From: Eledone cirrhosa
Lineage: Eukaryota
Assembly: GCA_964016885.1 (NCBI GenBank)
Contig: OZ024740.1
Location: 432,078,001-432,142,000 of the forward strand
Reading direction: 5' to 3'
Length of the DNA stretch: 64,000 bases
Shown here: positions 56,801 to 64,000 of the stretch, one piece after another
How the letters are laid out: each line of letters begins with the position of its first letter
How positions within the stretch are numbered: position 1 is the stretch's first letter
Made by a program: the position numbers and the translations under genes
The notes under the pieces: generated by a model
Seen by the model: only the letters and a program-made list of their open reading frames with translations
Database searches by the model: none
What the model was told of the DNA's origin: nothing

Positions 56801-59800
56801 CATTATTATATAGTTTCTACAACAGACCACAACAGTCACCTAGTGGGGAAGACAGACATTATCAGGCTACAACTGTCATATTATATAGTTTCTACAACAG
56901 ACCACAACAGTCACCTAGTGGGGAAGACAGACATTATCAGGCTACAGCTGCATATTATATAGTTTCTACAACAGACCACAACAGTCACCTAGTGGGGAAG
57001 ACAGACATTATCAGGCTACAGCTGCCATATTATATAGTTTCTACAACAGACCACAACAGTCACCTAGTGGGGAAGACAGACATTATCAGGCTACAGCTGT
57101 CATATTACATAGTTTCTACAACAGACCACAACAGTCACCTAGTGGGGAAGACAGACATTATCAGGCTACAGCTGTCATATTACATAGTTTCTACAACAGA
57201 CCACAACAGTCACCTAGTGGGGAAGACAGACATTATCAGGCTACAGCTGTCATATTACATAGTTTCTACAACAGACCACAACAGTCACCTAGTGGGGAAG
57301 ACAGACATAATCAGGCTAGAGCTGCTATATTATATAGTTTCTACAACAGACCACAACAGTCACCAAATGATGAAGACAGACATTATCTGGCTACAGCTGC
57401 CATATTATATGGATTCTACAACAGACCACAACAGTCACCAAATGGGGACGACAGACATTACCAGGCTACAGCTGTCATATTACATAGTTTCTACAACAGA
57501 ACACAACAGTCACCTAGTGGGGAAGACAGACATTATCAGGTTACAGCTGTCATATTATATAGTTTCTACAACAGACCACAACAGTCACCAAATGGGGAAG
57601 ACAGACATTATCAGGCTACAGCTGCCATATTATATAGTTTCTACAACAGACCACAACAGTCACCAAATGGGGAAGACAGAGATTATCAGGCTACAGCTGC
57701 CATATTATATAGTTTCTACAACAGACCACAACAGTCACCAAATGGGGAAGACAGACATTATCGGGCTACAGCTGCCATATTATATAGTTTCTACAACAGA
57801 CCACAACAGTCACCTAGTGGGGAAGACAGACATTATCAGGCTACAGCTGCCATATTATATAGTTTCTACAATAGACCACAACAGTCACCTAGTGGGGAAG
57901 ACAGACATTATCAGGCTACAGCTGTCATATCATATAGTTTCTACAACAGACCACAACAGTCACCTAGTGGGGAAGACAGACATTATCAGGCTACAGCTGC
58001 CATATTATATAGTTTCTACAACAGACCACAACAGTCACCTAGTGGGGAAGACAGACATTATCAGGCTACAGCTGCCATATTATATAGTTTCTACAACAGA
58101 CCACAACAGTCACCTAGTGGGGAAGACAGACATTATCAGGCTACAGCTGTCATATTACATAGTTTCTACAACAGACCACAACAGTCACCTAGTGGGGAAG
58201 AGAGACATTATCAGGCTACAGCTGTCATATTACATAGTTTCTACAACAGACCACAACAGTCACCTAGTGGGGAAGACAGAAATTATCAGGCTACAGCTGT
58301 AATATTATATAGTTTCTACAACAGACCACAACAGTCACCTAGTGGGGAAGACAGACATTATCAGGCTACAGCTGCCATATTATATAGTTTCTACAACAGA
58401 ACACAACAGTCACCTAGTGGGGAAGACAGACATTATCTGGCTACAGCTGCCATATTATATAGTTTCTACAACAGAACACAACAGTCACCTAGTGGGGAAG
58501 ACAGACATTATCAAGCTACAGCTGTCATATTACATAGTTTCTACAACAGAACACAACAGTCACTAAATGGGGAAGACAGACATTATCAGGCTACAGCTGT
58601 CATATTATATAGTTTCTACAACAGACCACAACAGTCACCTAGTGGGGAAGACAGACATTATCAGGCTACAGCTGTCATGTTATATAGTTTCTATAACAGA
58701 CCACAACAGTCACCTAGTGGGGAAGACAGACATTATCAGGCTACAGCTGTCATATTACATAGTTTCTACAACAGACCACAACAGTCACCTAGTGGGGAAG
58801 ACAGACATTATCAGGCTACAGCTGGCATATTATATAGTTTCTACAACAGACCACAACAGTCACCAAATGGGCAAGATAGACATTATCAGGCTACAGCTGT
58901 CATATTATATAGTTTCTACAACAGACCACAACAGTCACCTAGTGGGGAAGACAGACATTATCTGGCTACAGCTGCAATATTATATAGTTTCTACAACAGA
59001 ACACAACAGTCACCTAGTGGGGAAGACAGACATTATCAGGCTACAGCTGTCATATTACATAGTTTCTAAAACAGAACACAACAGTTACCTAATGGGGAAG
59101 ACAGACATTATCAGGCTACAGCTGTCATATTATATAGTTTCTTCAACAGACCACAACAGTCACCTAGTGGGGAAGCCAGACATTATCAGGCTACAGCTGT
59201 CATGTTATATAGTTTCTATAACAGACCACAACAGTCACCTAGTGGGGAAGACAGACATTATCAGGCTACAGCTGCCATATTATATAGTTTCTACAACAGA
59301 CCACAACAGTCACATAGTGGGGAAGACAGACATTATCAGGCTACAGCTGTCATATTACATAGTTTCTACAACAGACCACAACAGTCACCTAGTGGGGAAG
59401 ACAGACATTATCAGGCTACAGCTGTCATATTACATAGTTTCTACAACAGACCACAACAGTCACATAGTGGGGAAGACAGACATTATCAGGCTACAGCTGT
59501 CATATTACATAGTTTCTAAAACAGACCACAACAGTCACCTAGTGGGGAAGACAGACATTATCAGGCTACAGTTGCAATATTATATAGTTTCTACAACAGA
59601 CCACAACAGTCACCTAGTGGGGAAGACAGACATTATCTGGCTACAGCTGCCATATTATATAGTTTCTACAACAGACAACAACAGTCACCTAGTGGGGAAG
59701 ACAGACATTATCTGGCTACAGCTGCCATATTATATAGTTTCTACAACAGACCACAACAGTCACCTAGTGGGGAAGACAGACATTATCAGGCTACAGCTGT

Positions 59801-60655
59801 CATATTACATAGTTTCTACAACAGACCACAACAGTCACCTAGTGGGGAAGACAGACATTATCAGGCTACAGCTGTCATATTACATAGTTTCTACAACAGA
59901 CCACAACAGTCACATAGTGGGGAAGACAGACATTATCAGGCTACAGCTGTCATATTACATAGTTTCTACAACAGACCACAACAGTCACCAAATGGGCAAG
60001 ATAGACATTATCAGACTACAGCTGTCATATTATATAGTTTCTACAACAGACCACAACACTCACCTAGTGGGGAAGACAGACATTATCAGGCTACAGCTGC
60101 CATATTATATAGTTTCTACAACAGACAAAAACAGTCACCAAATGTGGAAGACAGACATTATCAGGCTACAGCTGCCATATTACTTAGTTTCTACAACAGA
60201 CCACAACAGTCACCTAGTGGGGAAGACAGACATTATCAGGCTACAGCTGTCATATTATATAGTTTCTACAACAGACCACAACAGTCACCTAGTGGGGAAG
60301 ACAGACATTATCAGGCTACAGCTGCATATTATATAGTTTCTACGACAGACCACAACAGTCACCAAATGGGGAAGACAGACATTATCAGGCTACAGCTGCC
60401 ATATTATATAGTTTCTACAACAGACCACAACAGTCACCTAGTGGGGAAGACAGACATTATCAGGCTACAGCTGTCATATTACATAGTTTCTACAACAGAC
60501 CACAACAGTCACCTAGTGGGGAAGACGGACATTATCAGGCTACAGCTGTCATATTACATAGTTTCTACAACAGACCACAACAGTCACCTAGTGGGGAAGA
60601 CAGACATTATCAGGCTACAGCTGTCATATTACATAGTTTCTACAACAGACCACAA
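53860..60655 (+). repeat. Block copy, offset 4873 bp (65 monomers - 2 bp): about 53860-55785 matches about 58733-60655
   Basis: ORF pairs 54329/59202 and 55271/60144. Both copies share the same chimeric junction, TCTAAAAC..GTTACC followed directly by TCTTCAAC. Confidence 0.85.
54220..58800 (+). repeat. Copy of about 31495-36075, offset 22724 bp (303 monomers - 1 bp)
   Basis: ORF pairs 31605/54329, 32547/55271, 34268/56992, 35618/58342 and 35843/58567. Confidence 0.87.
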
Positions 60656-60824
60656 CAGCCACCTAGTGGGGAAGACAGACATTATCAGGGTACAGCTGCA
60701 ATATTATATAGTTTCTACAACAGACAACCACAGTCACCTAGTGGGGAAGACAGACATTATCAGGCTACAGCTGCCATATTATATAGTTTCTACAACAAAC
60801 CACAACAGTCACCAAATGGGGAAG

Positions 60825-63800
60825 ACAGACATTATCAGGCTACAGCTGCATATTATATAGTTTCTACAACAGACCACAACAGTCACCTAGTGGGGAAGAC
60901 AGACATTATCAGGCTACAGCTGCCATATTATATAGTTTCTACAACAGACCACAACAGTCACCTAGTGGGGAAGACAGACATTATCAGGCTACAGCTGTCA
61001 TATTACATAGTTTCTACAACAGACCACAACAGTCACCTAGTGGGGAAGACAGACATTATCAGGCTACAGCTGTCATATTACATAGTTTCTACAACAGACC
61101 ACAACAGTCACCTAGTGGGGAAGACAGACATTATCAGGCTACAGCTGTCATATTACATAGTTTCTACAACAGACCACAACAGTCACCTAGTGGGGAAGAC
61201 AGACATAATCAGGCTAGAGCTGCTATATTATATAGTTTCTACAACAGACCACAACAGTCACCTAATGATGAAGACAGACATTATCTGGCTACAGCTGCCA
61301 TATTATATAGATTCTACAACAGACCACAACAGTCACCAAATGGGGACGACAGACATTACCAGGCTACAGCTGTCATATTACATAGTTTCTACAACAGAAC
61401 ACAACAGTCACCTAGTGGGGAAGACAGACATTATCAGGTTACAGCTGTCATATTATATAGTTTCTACAACAGACCACAACAGTCACCAAATGGGGAAGAC
61501 AGACATTATCAGGCTACAGCTGCCATATTATATAGTTTCTACAACAGACCACAACAGTCACCAAATGGGGAAGACAGAGATTATCAGGCTACAGCTGCCA
61601 TATTATATAGTTTCTACAACAGACCACAACAGTCACCAAATGGGGAAGACAGACATTATCGGGCTACAGCTGCCATATTATATAGTTTCTACAACAGACC
61701 ACAACAGTCACCTAGTGGGGAAGACAGACATTATCAGGCTACAGCTGCCATATTATATAGTTTCTACAATAGACCACAACAGTCACCTAGTGGGGAAGAC
61801 AGACATTATCAGGCTACAGCTGTCATATCATATAGTTTCTACAACAGACCACAACAGTCACCTAGTGGGGAAGACAGACATTATCAGGCTACAGCTGCCA
61901 TATTATATAGTTTCTACAACAGACCACAACAGTCACCTAGTGGGGAAGACAGACATTATCAGGCTACAGCTGCCATATTATATAGTTTCTACAACAGACC
62001 ACAACAGTCACCTAGTGGGGAAGACAGACATTATCAGGCTACAGCTGTCATATTACATAGTTTCTACAACAGACCACAACAGTCACCTAGTGGGGAAGAG
62101 AGACATTATCAGGCTACAGCTGTCATATTACATAGTTTCTACAACAGACCACAACAGTCACCTAGTGGGGAAGACAGAAATTATCAGGCTACAGCTGTAA
62201 TATTATATAGTTTCTACAACAGACCACAACAGTCACCTAGTGGGGAAGACAGACATTATCAGGCTACAGCTGCCATATTATATAGTTTCTACAACAGAAC
62301 ACAACAGTCACCTAGTGGGGAAGACAGACATTATCTGGCTACAGCTGCCATATTATATAGTTTCTACAACAGAACACAACAGTCACCTAGTGGGGAAGAC
62401 AGACATTATCAAGCTACAGCTGTCATATTACATAGTTTCTACAACAGAACACAACAGTCACTAAATGGGGAAGACAGACATTATCAGGCTACAGCTGTCA
62501 TATTATATAGTTTCTACAACAGACCACAACAGTCACCTAGTGGGGAAGACAGACATTATCAGGCTACAGCTGTCATGTTATATAGTTTCTATAACAGACC
62601 ACAACAGTCACCTAGTGGGGAAGACAGACATTATCAGGCTACAGCTGTCATATTACATAGTTTCTACAACAGACCACAACAGTCACCTAGTGGGGAAGAG
62701 AGACATTATCAGGCTACAGCTGTCATATTACATAGTTTCTACAACAGACCACAACAGTCACCTAGTGGGGAAGACAGAAATTATCAGGCTACAGCTGTAA
62801 TATTAAATAGTTTCTACAACAGACCACAACAGTCACCTAGTGGGGAACACAGACATTACCAGGCTACAGCTGTCATATTACATAGTTTCTACAACAGAAC
62901 ACAACAATCACTAAATGGGGAAGACAGACATTATCAGGCTACAGCTGTCATATTATATAGTTTCTACAACAGACCACAACAGTCACCTAGTGGGGAAGAC
63001 AGACATTATCAGGCTACAGCTGTCATGTTATATAGTTTCTATAACAGACCACAACAGTCACCTAGTGGGGAAGACAGAAATTATCAGGCTACAGCTGTCA
63101 TATTACATAGTTTCTACAACAGACCACAACAGTCACCTAGTGGGGAACACAGACATTATCAGGCTACAGCTGCCATATTATATAGTTTCTACAACAGACC
63201 ACAACAGTCACATAGTGGGGAAGACAGACATTATCAGGCTACAGCTGTCATATTACATAGTTTCTACAACAGACCACAACAGTCACCTAGTGGGGAAGAC
63301 AGACATTATCAGGCTACAGCTGCCATATTATATAGTTTCTACAACAGACCACAACAGTCACCAAATGGGCAAGATAGACATTATCAGGCTACAGCTGTGA
63401 TATTATATAGTTTCTACAACAGACCACAACAGTCACCTAGTGGGGAAGACAGACATTATCTGGCTACAGCTGCCATATTATATAGTTTCTACAACAGAAC
63501 ACAACAGTCACCTAGGGGGGAAGACAGACATTATCAGGCTACAGCTGTCATATTACATAGTTTCTACAACAGAACACAACAGTCACCTAATGGGGAAGAC
63601 AGACAATGTCAGGCTACAGCTGCCATGTTATATAGTTTCTACAACAGACCAGAACAGTCACCTAGTGGGGAAGACAGACATTATCTGGTTACAGCTGCCA
63701 TATTATATAGTTTCTACAACAGACCACAACAGTCACCTAGTGGGGAAGACAGACATTATCAGGCTACAGCTGCCATATTATATAGTTTCTACAACAGACC

Positions 63801-64000
63801 ACAACAGTCACCTAGTGGGGAAGACAGACATTATCTGGCTACAGCTGCCATATTTTATAGTTTCTACAACAGACCACAACAGTCACCTAGTGGGGAAGAC
63901 AGACATTATCAGGCTACAGCTGCAATATTATATAGTTTCTACAACAGACCACAACAGTCACCTAGTGGGGAAGACAGACATTATCTGGCTACAGCTGCCA
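60825..64000 (+). repeat. Copy of about 34203-37378, offset 26622 bp (355 monomers - 3 bp)
   Basis: ORF pairs 34268/60890, 35618/62240, 35843/62465 and 36293/62915 have identical translations. Confidence 0.88.

Larger units (their letters stand above)
1..64000 (+). repeat. 75-bp tandem satellite array, about 853 monomers, single orientation, running off both window ends
   Basis: CAGACATTAT recurs at 1, 76, 151 and so on, and the ORF track shows a 25-aa period throughout. Monomers usually differ from consensus at only a few positions. The phase shifts only at 8 one-base insertions and 9 one-base deletions (net -1, matching the phase at 63901). Confidence 0.99.

Noticed and set aside
15893-60850. 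Indels as sequencing errors or programmed frameshifts
   Set aside because: They always sit in the same variant context and follow the duplication history. Nothing supports translation.
66-63400. Long ORFs (up to 1347 aa) as real CDSs
   Set aside because: They are a by-product of the 75-bp period. Two overlapping frames are equally open, there are no unique termini or recognisable domains, and stops and frameshifts are copied along with the blocks.
1-64000. CRISPR array
   Set aside because: There are no unique spacers, the whole 75 bp is repeated, and no cas genes are present.
1-64000. Assignment to a named satellite family, or a centromere call
   Set aside because: I do not recognise the monomer and saw no CENP-B box. 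A Dfam, Repbase or BLAST search and CENP-A data would be needed.

Overview
The whole 64 kb window is one uninterrupted head-to-tail tandem array of a 75-bp monomer (about 853 copies). The consensus is CAGACATTATCAGGCTACAGCTG(C/T)CATATTA(T/C)ATAGTTTCTACAACAGA(C/A)CACAACAGTCACCTAGTGGGGAAGA, about 43% GC with no CpG. I saw no unique sequence, inversion, transposon, RNA gene or credible protein gene. The long ORFs arise because 75 is divisible by 3 and two + frames of the consensus have no stop codon. Variant monomers act as barcodes. They show no fixed higher-order repeat, but a nested mosaic of recent multi-kb duplications (offsets 976, 1125, 1425, 3000, 3226, 4351, 4873, 5701, 7276, 7650, 9600, 15301 and 22724 bp). 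Each offset is a whole number of monomers plus or minus the inherited 1-bp indels. Two speculative signals lie in the monomer on the minus strand. It reads as a complete 75-nt GT-AG intron, joined AG|GT to the next copy, and the same junction carries a near-consensus CTCF motif. The array is most likely eukaryotic satellite DNA; the organism and chromosomal context cannot be determined from this window. Block boundaries were read by eye and are approximate.
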